Assembly (NCBI RefSeq): GCF_009914755.1
Contig: NC_060927.1
DNA: 64,000 bases
Direction: 5' to 3' (one strand)
Source: the human T2T-CHM13v2.0 reference genome, Homo sapiens
Part shown: positions 40,301 through 51,355 of the stretch, piece after piece
How the letters are laid out: every line of letters starts with the position of its first letter
Position numbering within the stretch: position 1 is the stretch's first letter
The notes under the pieces: generated by a model
Told to the model about the DNA's origin: nothing
The model's input: only the letters and a program-made list of their open reading frames with translations
Databases searched by the model: none
Program-made: the position numbers and the translations under genes

Positions 40301-41299
40301 ACAAGTAGCAAATAGGATAGATGCATGGGTTCTCCCATTGCCAAATCATATGACTCTATTGTCTTTGCTGCTACTATGTTCATTGTTTCAGTTAAAGATT
40401 GTACCACTTTATTTCTGCATATGAGAGAAAGCAGCACTTTTGTCTTTGTCCCCTGTACTCAATTAAAAACAAACAAACAGGCATAAAACATGGACACTAA
40501 TGAACCAAAACTGGTCTGTAATTAATTTTAAATTCACTACTAGTTTAGAAAATTAGCTAACACTGCAAATTGCATTGATCACGATCAGACCCTTGATAAC
40601 AAGGCCTATTGTGTGAAATGTGCAAGTCAGCAGAAACACAAATGAAAACCTTTCAGCTTTAAACATTTCTACCAGCATGAAAATTGAACAAAGCAAGATG
40701 AAATCTGAATTTTTTAAAACAGCTTTAAACAACTATGTCTCACACAAGCTCAATTAATAAATCACTTCAAAGTACAGTTTCCTTTTTGCATATTCATTTT
40801 TATGAGGTCAACCCATCAGAGGAATGATAGGTATGAGAGAGCAAAATTCTGCCTTTTATTCCTAGAACCTCAATAATAATATTCCAGGCAGTCTTAGTGC
40901 TCAGATAGATACGTATAGAAATAGCCTTTATTCGATTGTGAAAATTAATTTGAAAATATGCAAAATTAAAGGAATTTGCACCATTATTTAATGCAAAGAA
41001 AGGGAAAATGTATCATAACTTTATAGCTGAATAATTCCCTAATCCTGTTTATACCTAATTAATCCTGAGATTGCTTGGCTTTTAAAGAAGTGCTCTGACA
41101 ACTAAATCAGAAGTTTATTTTCATTCTAATTATCCTGATATGTTATATAGTATTCAATATTTACATACTTAAGACTTGTAATAATTTCACATATATGTAT
41201 TTGTTGTTGTTATTTTTCTACTTTTAAAGCAATACAACTTTCATCTGTGATTTTTGAAATAGTCCAAATGGTACAAATATAATTCTGGATTGCAGTTCA

Positions 41300-41480
41300 T
41301 CCTCAACCATGATGTTCCCTGGGTTTGAAATTCAGTCTCATCATTTGTCAACTAAGGGAAATTGTTAAATCTATTCAACACTTAGTTTTGTTAGTTATGC
41401 AGTAGAGAAATCTGTTATTCCTGTCTTGTAGAGATAGCAATTACAGGAGCAATCTATAGGACTGAGTCAAAGAATACAGA
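41300..41480 (+). mobile_element. MIR fragment
   Basis: CCTGGGTTTGAAATTCAGTCTCATCATTTGTCAACT...AAATTGTTAAATCT. Confidence 0.6.
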
Positions 41481-41597
41481 AAAGATACTTGTTCATCTTT
41501 CATAATTTTTCGGTTGATAATCCATTTCCCCTGAATTCATGCCCTTACCTTCTCTAGACCTCCAAACAGCTCTGGAACTTGTGGCCAATCTTTTTGA

Positions 41598-41989
<392 letters not shown>

Positions 41990-42238
41990 CTCTCTTTCTT
42001 GAATCCCTTTCCAGTGAAAACATGTACACAGCACTTCCTCCTATCCATTGAAAAATCTCATTTAAAATTCTTAATGACTTCCCCAACAAAAGAAAACAGA
42101 TGCTCCCCCCAAAACTCCAGATGCTGTACAATGTCTGACACCATACACAGCTAATCTTATATAAACTAAAGATTCATTTTTTTCTCTCCTTTATTTTTTT
42201 TCTATAGCACATTGTTCTGCTTATGAATGTTATACATA

Positions 42239-42523
42239 CAGTCAATTATCCAAGCTAATGGAGGCAAGCTGTGGGAGAGATAATTAAGAACAGTACATAA
42301 TCTACCCTGCTATTAGTGCAGGTGTCAGCAAAGAGTCTGGCCTGAGACATCATTGTAGGGGGTGTGTAGTGAGGAGAAGAGAGGCTTGTAATCCCAAGAT
42401 AGTTATAGAGTGTCAGGGAAAAGCCACTGAGGAGGGATGGGGGAAGCAATCCTGGTGAGGAAGAGAACGTTGACAGATGATCACTCATTAATATGAATGT
42501 TGTGAATAATCTGAAATTTACTG
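42239..42523. mobile_element. Possible ancient Tigger-like MITE
   Basis: TA|CAGTCAATTATCC at left and GAATAATCTGAAATTTACTG at right resemble degenerate inverted termini; family not identified. Confidence 0.3.
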
Positions 42524-45228
42524 TTATGTTTAAATGCCTATTTGGAATATGATACTAATTAGCTTAAAGCCATACGCTTGATTTATATCATGAGCAGTTT
42601 CCCTACTCCACTGGTTATATTTTAAGGTGGCAGACCTTGCCGTTGGTCTCAGAAGTCAATCTTACAAATGTGCCCTTGTGATAAGTAAAGAAAGTGGCAT
42701 AACCCATATCGGGCTGGGTATATTGAAACAACCAACATATTCAGTACAATATATTGAATGTTCCTGTCATTCAACATACACATTCTATAGATTGTGGGTC
42801 ATTTCTGTTCATTTTGTACATAAAAATCAAGAAGTATATTTGAAAATTATAATCAATGGGTGTTTAATACTTTTTTCAGCATTGTTTCAATCATATGGTC
42901 TGTTTAAATGGGCAAGAAGATGTGAGCTTCTCCTTATTAATTCAGTAACTATTAAATAAAGGCCTATTATATTGTTTCCTGCCCTAATAAAGCTTATGTA
43001 CTGATGAAATTGTGTATATGCAAGAAGGCAATAAACTCTTTCTATATAATAAAGACATAGTAAGAGCTTCGCATATACAATAAAATTGAAATCAACCACT
43101 GAAAATAAAGAAGCATTAAAATGTACATAGTAAAATATCAAGAGCTGTCCAGAATTACTTCATTCAGTGGCTTAAAAAATGATAATAATGGAAATTCCTT
43201 GGCAATCTAAGGGAGTTTGTCATTTTTTCTCCAGCAAGTGCATCAAAGCAGCAAAAGAGTAGCAGATGCAGACCTTCAATTTATAACCATCTTTCCCATA
43301 GCTTTATGCTATGGTCTCCTTTGGGCAGTAAGACTCCAGGGTCTCAACTAGTGAATTTTTCAATTACCAATACTATCCTGCCCTGAGAGATAGGAAGTGA
43401 TAAAACAACAAGTAAGAAATCATTTTTCATAATTCTTCAGAGTCCAATCTAGCCTCAAACCCGCTTCTCTTGCAGTCCATTCACGTTATGGAAGCTGAGT
43501 TTTAGTGGATTCTATTGCCTCAGAGTGGAATCACTTCACATATTTTTCAGTAGATTAGCCTCTGGAGTATTTCTTTTTTACTCACAAAGTCTAGTAAAAC
43601 AGAGTATAGCCTACAAGCATCCTCACTAAGGAGACATAAATATCAAACAAAATAATTCTAAAGTAGCCTTGCTTTCCAATATTTCAAACAATGTTGGTTT
43701 CTTTTAATAAGCATCTCAACATTTTTTTCCCAACTGGTTGAAGAATTCTGGAATATTTAGATTAAGGATTCAGTACATAAAATCCCAGTTGATTTGTATG
43801 CCAAGAATTATGAAAATTATGAAAGATCTGCATAAAAGAAAGTTGAATGTCCAAAGGAACTAAATTATAACTTGTTATAAAATAATTTCTTCTTTCAAAG
43901 AAGAGGATCAATAATATATTGAATTATTAAAAAAAATATAAATAGTCCATTTTAATTGCTTTACTTTTGAGGTCAATAGATAATGACTTTCATTTTTATA
44001 AAATATTTCCATGTTAATGACTTCAAGATCTATTGTTTCAGGGATTTTCCCTAGGCACATGAAGCTAAAGTTGAAAGCAGTTAAGGGTGCTTAAATTCCT
44101 TTACAAGCCTATTATAAGCCAATATTCAATCAAAATGATTATTGCCAGCCATTAAAAAATACACTAAGTATCAAGGGTAATAACTCTTGCATGTTATTAC
44201 TGGGAATTTCTACAAAGCAAAGGGCTTTTGTGTTGCTGTTTGCAAAGACTGCTTAATTTATTTGACATCCTTGGGAAAAAAGAAATCTGCTGTTCAACCA
44301 AGAAAAAAAAAAAAAGAGTAGGTTTGTCCCCATTATCTCTGAACAAGAAGTGCCAGGAAGCTTCGGGCTAGAATTAACATGAGATAGGCTATTACAGTTG
44401 TAAGAGCATTTAGCAGCCTTCCCTACTGACTTCAGAGTGATAATATATACAGCCTGGGTATAATCTGTCTCCTCTGCTGCTCTTTCTTTGCCTGTCCTCC
44501 TCTCCTTCTTTACTAATATACATGCCTTATTGTAATTCATGATAAGAAGTGAACAACAGTATTTTTCTACTAAAGTGACATTATTCAGTTGGAGTTTTAC
44601 CTTTGGCAAAGTCATATAAAGAATCACCGTTTATATGTAACCATTTTTAAAAGCCAAACACAACATTCAAATATAAGAATATTCTATGACTCATGCTTTA
44701 GAAAGTAAATTAAATCTGGTATCTTTTCCAATACGAAAGGTGTTTTCACATATTGTTAATTTTCATAGCCAGAGAATGCAAATATTATTTAGACTATGGT
44801 ATCATCATTTATGAAACAAAAAGCAGCAGTGTTAATAACTGAAGAATTTTCATCTCTTATTATTTTGTGATTAAGAATACCTATAACTATTGTTGTAAAT
44901 AATAATATCTACCTGGTACTGAGTATAGTCCAAAGTAAATTTAAGCAAAAACAGCTTCTTCCTTGAAACTTACAAGATGGAATGCACCACAAGTGATGTT
45001 TGAGTATTTTTAGTTACTGAATTTCTCCAGGTGTTTTGAGTTTAATTTATCTTAAGTTGATATTAATCCTCTTGACATTAAAAATGCAAAGCAAAACAAA
45101 AAAAACAGCATATGCATGTCATTCAACAATTTTAAAAGGTCAGGCATCATAAAATCCAACAAATAATATTAGGGTATAAAATTATAAGATAAATAAGATG
45201 TTATTTATCTATGGAAATTTCTTTAGGT

Positions 45229-45442
45229 CAATTTTTTTCAACCTTTACTCTACTGACATTTAGGGTTGTCTAGTTCTTTGTTATTGGAGGCTGTCCTGTG
45301 CATTGTGGATTTTTAGTAACATCCTTGACTTCTACCTGTTAGATTTTATTAGCGCTCCCATCTCACCCCACAAACACAACATGAACTGTGATAACCAAAA
45401 ACGTCCCTGGGGGGACAAAAGCACCCTCATTGAGAACCACTG
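45229..45442 (-). mobile_element. MER20
   Basis: GGCTGTCCTGTGCATTGT...TTGAGAACCACTG; TSD CTTTAGGT/CTTTAAGT. Confidence 0.9.
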
Positions 45443-45665
45443 CTTTAAGTGAAAAACCTAATGTAAATTTGACAATATTGTAATTACATCATTAACATTG
45501 GGAAAAGAAACTATCACCAAACTCTCAGTTGCAACATACATATTATGGATAGCAAGATAGAGCTGGGCTTCTCACATATTTCCTATATACCTTCTAGGAA
45601 ATTGAAATATTACAAATATATCAAAAACTTATGATTCAAATATCACAAAACTTTTGAAATGCCAT

Positions 45666-46066
45666 TGTCCTAGTCTGTTTGGGCTCCCATAACAAAATAC
45701 CATAAAGTGAGTGGCTTAAACAACAGAAATTTATTTTCTCACAGTTCTGAAGGCTGGAGGTCCAAGATTAGGGTGCCAATAAGCTACATGGTTGGAGTCT
45801 GGTAAGGGCTCTTTTTGTAGCTGGCAGATAGTTTCCTCTTCTTTGTGTACTTACATGATCTCTTCTTGGTGAATGAGGTGGGGGTGGGGGGCACAAACAA
45901 CCTCTTTAGTGTCTATTCTTATAAAGGCAATCCCATTATGAGGGCCATACTGACAGCTCATTTAACCCTAGTTACCTCCCAAAAGTCCCAGCTCCAAACA
46001 ATACCACATTGGGGGTTAGTGCACCAACATACGAATTTTGGGGTGACAAACATTCGGTTCATAACA
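45666..46066 (-). mobile_element. MLT1A-family solo LTR
   Basis: TGTCCTAGTCTGTTTGGGCT...GGCTTAAACAACAGAAATTTATTTTCTCACAGTTCTG...CATTCGGTTCATAACA; TSD GCCAT/ACCAT. Confidence 0.92.
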
Positions 46067-46339
46067 ACCATTAAATTTCTAGCTTAGAAATTGCATGTTG
46101 GTTGAGACAAGAAGTAAAATATCTGTTCCTATATTCCTGGAAGAATAAGATAAATAATTGTCAATTACTTTTTAGTGTATCACATATCTTCGTTGTGTGT
46201 TCAGATTACATAAGCATTATTAACACTACTGGACATTTTTATTGATTAATTTTAAATTATGCTAGGTCTTCCACTTATGAGTTTGTGTTTTATTTACATT
46301 TATATAAAATAAAAAGAAAAAGAAAGAAATAAAAAAACT

Positions 46340-46626
46340 ACCCAAAATATATAGGATCCAAAAACTATGTAAAATAGTATTTTTACTATTTACTAAAACA
46401 CTAGTCTCGGTACTGAAAGTCTGAATGTGATTACTCTGACACACAGGGAAGGAAGAGTGACTGAGGAGTTGAGCAGGTGGGTCTGAGGGGATGCTCAGAG
46501 TGACAGAGTGATTCTGAGCAGCCATTTCATGGCAAAGTTGAATACACGTTGTGACTCATCCAGTTGTACACTGATAATTTGTATATTTTTCTTTATATAC
46601 TTTACAACATAAAAAAAATTTAAGAA
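46340..46626 (+). mobile_element. Old L1M 3' end
   Basis: GTGATTACTCTG...ACTCATCCAGTTGTACACT...TTTGTATATTTT...CATAAAAAAAATTTAAGAA. Confidence 0.6.
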
Positions 46627-46649
46627 ATGTTATGAATCACACATTTATG

Positions 46650-46890
46650 AATCACACATTTACTGCTTTTGCAGGAAAGATAAAGAAGACAGCCTCAACC
46701 CTCAAGCAAGTCAAAGTCTAAAGAAAGATTCAGACCTGCAAACAGATTGCACAACACAATGTGGTAAATGATAAATGACATATATGAGCAGAGTTCTTTA
46801 CTAACACAGACGAGGAAATAATTAACTATGCCTGGGGAAATCAGAAAAGATTTTATGATAAGTAGCATTTGAACTGGGTCAGGAAGCATT
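46650..46890 (-). mobile_element. L2 3' fragment
   Basis: CCCTCAAGCAAGTCAAAGTCTA...TAACTATGCCTGGGGAAATCAGAAAAGATTTTATG...CATTTGAACTGGGTC. Confidence 0.75.
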
Positions 46891-48769
46891 GTAAGGGCTC
46901 ATATTGCTACAAGTTAGTTACAAAAATGTAATTTAGTTTTGAAGAACAATTATAAATATAGGTTACCTGATCGTCAATCACCTTCAGGTAGCTCAATATT
47001 TATTGATTAACACTAAAAAAAATGTGAACCAGATGCAACCAAGTAAAAAAATCCTTGCCTTATTACCCAGAGTTTTATCTAAAATAGTAATAGTAAGCCT
47101 GGACATGTGTTTATGCTCCAACTGTGGATGTCTTTGTCATTGAAATGAGCTTTTCTTTTTTTTAACCATGTGACAATGAAAGGCAGAGGGCAACGAGACA
47201 ATAGAAGAGATGAAACAGTAAAATGTCACATAAATGCTGATGGAGTACATTATGCAAATTGATACTATGCAAATACTTAAATGTAGTCTTAGTAATGAAG
47301 AGATATGAAAACATGAAAAAAATTCTTCAAAAATGGTTGCCAATCATCAGTGGCTGATTATGAATACAAAAAACTAACCCTTGAGGAAAAGAGCAATGGC
47401 CACATTCTCATTGATCCAAAATTTAACTGGAAGGAGATGCAGGCTCTGAGATACAGAGTCGCAGCAGCATCCATGTTAACAAGAACTGGAGTTCAAAGAG
47501 GAATTACTCTCAACCTTGTATACTGGTAAGAGGGTCTGTTTCAGGGAGTGGTGAGAAAACACATTAATTTTAATGAAATAAAAAGTTTGGCTTAGGAATT
47601 TCTGTTTTAGTGGAATTGTATTCTTGAGTACTGCTCTTCTCTGTCAAAGCCACTGTTGAATGATATGCTGGAAAAATTACTCAACCAGAAGTAAAATTTC
47701 ACATTATTTAAAACCTCTATTTACTTTACTATCATTTTAATTTGGGAAATCCTCACTCTTTTTTCTTTAGCAAAACTCTCTCAAGATGGAACACTCAAAT
47801 TAGTCAACTGTCAGGAGTGCTCTTGTAAGCTTCAACTCTTAAATTGTGGTTTACTCCTCACAGCCACCTAAATTTTCAGACTTTTCAGTCTCTTTCTCCA
47901 TACTACATATTTTCTTTAACCTCAACTTGGGAATTCAATAATTCATCCTACTCTATTTTGCAGCTCAATGCTGAATTTAACATAATGGCATTTGCCACAC
48001 TTTCCTGGATTCTCTTGTTTTGTCATCTTTCTGCTACACTCTCAAAACTATTTACTCCCCATGAATCAATACAAGCCCCACCTTTAATCCTCTTTTATGA
48101 TGGATGTCTCATCCACTGGTAAAGATGAATCACGTTACAGCATCCCTTAGCATTCACACAAAAATGTGTTTTCTACTTTAAACTACATCAATAAGGTGCT
48201 TCCTATTACAATTACATTTTTGTCTATTGTTTGAAACATTTGTTCCAAATATTTACTATGCTCTTCAAATTCCCAAGCATATCCCTATCCCACACTGTTG
48301 GTAAAGATGCACATCAGTCAAAAATCCCATAACTTCTCTACCAGGCTCAGTTATCCACATCCAGAGCTGCACACCCACTTCTTTTCTCCTTCTCTGTCTC
48401 TGAGATCAAACTTCTCCAATTCTCAGAAATCAAACCTTTGACCTATGAACTAGAAATTATATTCTCTTTCCTTTTCTGTTGATCTCACTCCACTAATTAT
48501 CCTCTTTCTCTTTTGCATTATACAGATTCTCTTTTACTTACCTAATTAAAATAGGTAAATTCTACTCAATCCAAAAACAACTCTGATTCCTTTTTCCAGA
48601 GAACAACAAAAACCATATCTCCATGTTACTACCTCCTACAGTTACTGACTTAGCTCCCTTCATGCGCTTTCTCTATTTGGCCAAACTTCTTGAAAGAATA
48701 CTTTAGACTTCCTTTTATTTGTATCCTAAATTTTTATTTATTTCTTGTAAAGGGGTAAATAGGGAAGCG

Positions 48770-48972
48770 AAAATCTGGCTTGAGCGTATATAGAAGGCTA
48801 TAGGTCCTTGGGCAGATTACATAAGTTTTCTAAGTCCCAATTTCCTATTCTATAAAATGTTGTTACCCACTGTGCAAAATTGGTAGAGGAATTGAATAGC
48901 ATAATATTATAAAACACTTGACACAATACCTGATATAGTATAAATGCCCCATAAATATTATCTATCATTATT
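48770..48972 (+). mobile_element. MIR
   Basis: CCTTGGGCAGATTACATAAG...TTTCCTATTCTATAAAATG...ACAATACCTGATATAGTA...ATAAATATTATCTATCATTATT. Confidence 0.85.
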
Positions 48973-49679
48973 CCTTAATATTTTTGTTTTTTTTTTTTTA
49001 CTATTGTTCTTCAACCCACTATAACCACTTCTGCCCATAAACCCATCCTGCATAATTCTACGGAGTCACCCTTGTGAGAATCACCAACAACCTTGTCAAA
49101 TCCAATGAACTACATGAAAAGTTTTTGTTCTGCTTTAATACTAATATTTGATGTCGTTAGGTGCTCTTGCCACTTGGAATACTTCCTTTATTTGATGTTT
49201 ACAATGTCTTCCTCTCTCTTAGTTCTTCCCTCTACTTATTCCTTATTTGTGTCCATTGTTGAATACTTGCTCTTAATGAGCTGCTAAATACTGGATCTCA
49301 TCAAAGTTCCATCCTTGATTCCATTTTCCTCACTTCCTTGAATGTTCGTTAGGAGAGTTTACTTGAACAAAGCTGATGACTCCAGCTTCACATCTTCCTT
49401 GAGCTCCGAACTATTTTCAGTTCTGTGCTGGAGGGCTTCACACAGATGTCTCACATACATACGAAACATAGGATGTCTAGGGTGGAACTCATTTGCATTC
49501 CCCTCAAATAATGTGCCTTCTGCAATCTTTATCCTAATTTTCTCTATCTACTAGTCTGCAGTTCTAATTTTGGACCTATCATAACTCAACTGAAATATTC
49601 AATTCATTTCTTTTTATCTAGTGGATTTGCACTCCCAGCTTATCTTCCATACAGTTGTCTTCTCAAAAACCAGATATTG

Positions 49680-49756
49680 GCAGTAAGCCAAGATCGCACC
49701 ACTGCCCTCCAGCCTGAACGACAGAGTAAGATTCTGTCTCAGGAAAAAAAGAAAAA
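49680..49756 (+). mobile_element. Severely 5'-truncated Alu (3' end only)
   Basis: GCAGTAAGCCAAGATCGCACCACTGCCCTCCAGCCTG...GTCTC plus A tail; TSD AAAAACCAGATATTGG/AAAAATCAAATATTGG. Confidence 0.92.
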
Positions 49757-49767
49757 AATCAAATATT

Positions 49768-49860
49768 GGCACTACAACATGAATGTACTTAATACTAATG
49801 AATTGTACACTTACAAATGATAAATGTTATGTTGTATGTATTTTACTACAATAAAAAAAT
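49768..49860 (+). mobile_element. L1MB-type extreme 3' end
   Basis: ATGAATGTACTTAATACTAATGAATTGTACACTTA...TATGTTGTATGTATTTTACTACAATAAAAA. Confidence 0.85.
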
Positions 49861-50015
49861 CAAATAAATAAAGTGGTTCAAATGCTGAGGACATTTAGTG
49901 GTCTTTAGTGGTTCCCACTACTACAAGCTCTTCATCATTGCAAATAAGATATTTCAGATAGAGCTCCAGCTCAATTAAGCCACGACATATGCTTTTCTAA
50001 AGCTTACAGATTTAA

Positions 50016-50375
<360 letters not shown>

Positions 50376-50559
50376 TTTTTTCTCTTTTTTTTGAGACAGT
50401 CTCCCTGTGTCATCCAAGCTGGATGAAGTGCAATGGTGCAATCATAGCTCACTGCAGCTTCGACCTCCCAGGCTCAAGTAATCCTCCAACCTCAGCCTCC
50501 TGAGTAACTGGGACCACAGGCATGCACCACTATGCCTAGATAATATTTTTGTAACTTTT

Positions 50560-50949
50560 AAAAAATTAATTTTTAATTTTTGTGGGTACATAGCCAGTTT
50601 ATATATTTGTGAGGTACATGAGATGTTTTGACATAGGCATGCAAGGTGTAATAATCATATCATGGGAAATGGGGTACCCATCCCCTCAAGCATTTATCCT
50701 TTGTGTTGAACATAATTCATGTATACTCTTTCAGCAATTTTTAAATCTATAATCAAATTATTTTGACTATAGTCATCCTGTTATGCTATCAAATTCTAGG
50801 TATTAATAGTAACATCATGGAGAATGGGGTAGCCATCCCTCAAGCATTTATCCTGTGTGTTTCAAGCTATCCAATTACACTCTTAGTTATTTTTAAATGT
50901 ACAATGAAGTTATTATTGACTGCAGTCACCCTGTTGTGCTATCAAACAG
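50560..50949 (-). mobile_element. L1MA (1-3 type) 3' end with internal tandem duplication
   Basis: TTTTTGTGGGTACATAG...AATGGGGTACCCATCCCCTCAAGCATTTATCCTTTGTGTT; TSD TTGTAACTTTT/TTGTAATTTTT. Confidence 0.9.
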
Positions 50950-51051
50950 TTGTAATTTTTGTAAAGACAGGGTTTCACTTTTGCCGAGGCTGGTCTAGAA
51001 CTCCTGGGCTCAAGCAATCTTCCTGCCTTGGCCTCCCAAAGTCCTGGAACT

Positions 51052-51355
51052 GGCCAGGCACAATGGCTCACGCCTGTAATCCCAGCACTTTGGGAGGCAG
51101 CGGCGGGTGGATCACGAGGTTAGGAGTTCAAGACCAGCCTGGCCAAGATGCTGAAACCTCGTTTCTACTAAAAATACAAAAAAATTATCTGGGTGTGGTG
51201 GCACGTGCCTATAATCCCAGCTATTCGGGAAGCTGAGGCAGAGAATTTCTTAAACTGGGAAGGTGGAGGTTGCAGCGAGCTGAGATTGTGCCATTGCACT
51301 CCAGCCTGGGCACAGAGTGAGACTCTGTCTCAAAAAAAAAAAAACAAAAAAAAAA
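51052..51355 (+). mobile_element. AluSg-like, inserted in the AluJ left arm
   Basis: GGATCACGAGGT..GGAGTTCAAGACCAGCCTGGCCAAGATG; TSD-like GTCCTGGAACT/GTGCTGGAATT. Confidence 0.96.

Larger units (their letters stand above)
47850..49980 (+). mobile_element. Long degenerate L2 ORF2 remnant, interrupted by MIR, Alu and L1 pieces
   Basis: Near 49050-49110 translates (with a frameshift) as HNSTES/LVRITNNLVKSN, matching the L2 RT motif HHSTETAL.KVTNDL..AKS; pyrimidine-rich L2 texture. Confidence 0.75.

Noticed and set aside
44253-44627. 124-aa minus-strand ORF in unique sequence
   Set aside because: Non-ATG start, no recognisable domain, runs through a poly-T tract; consistent with chance.
50763-51236. 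Longest ORF (157 aa)
   Set aside because: Chimera of antisense L1, antisense AluJ and sense AluS sequence; typical Alu-derived peptide text.
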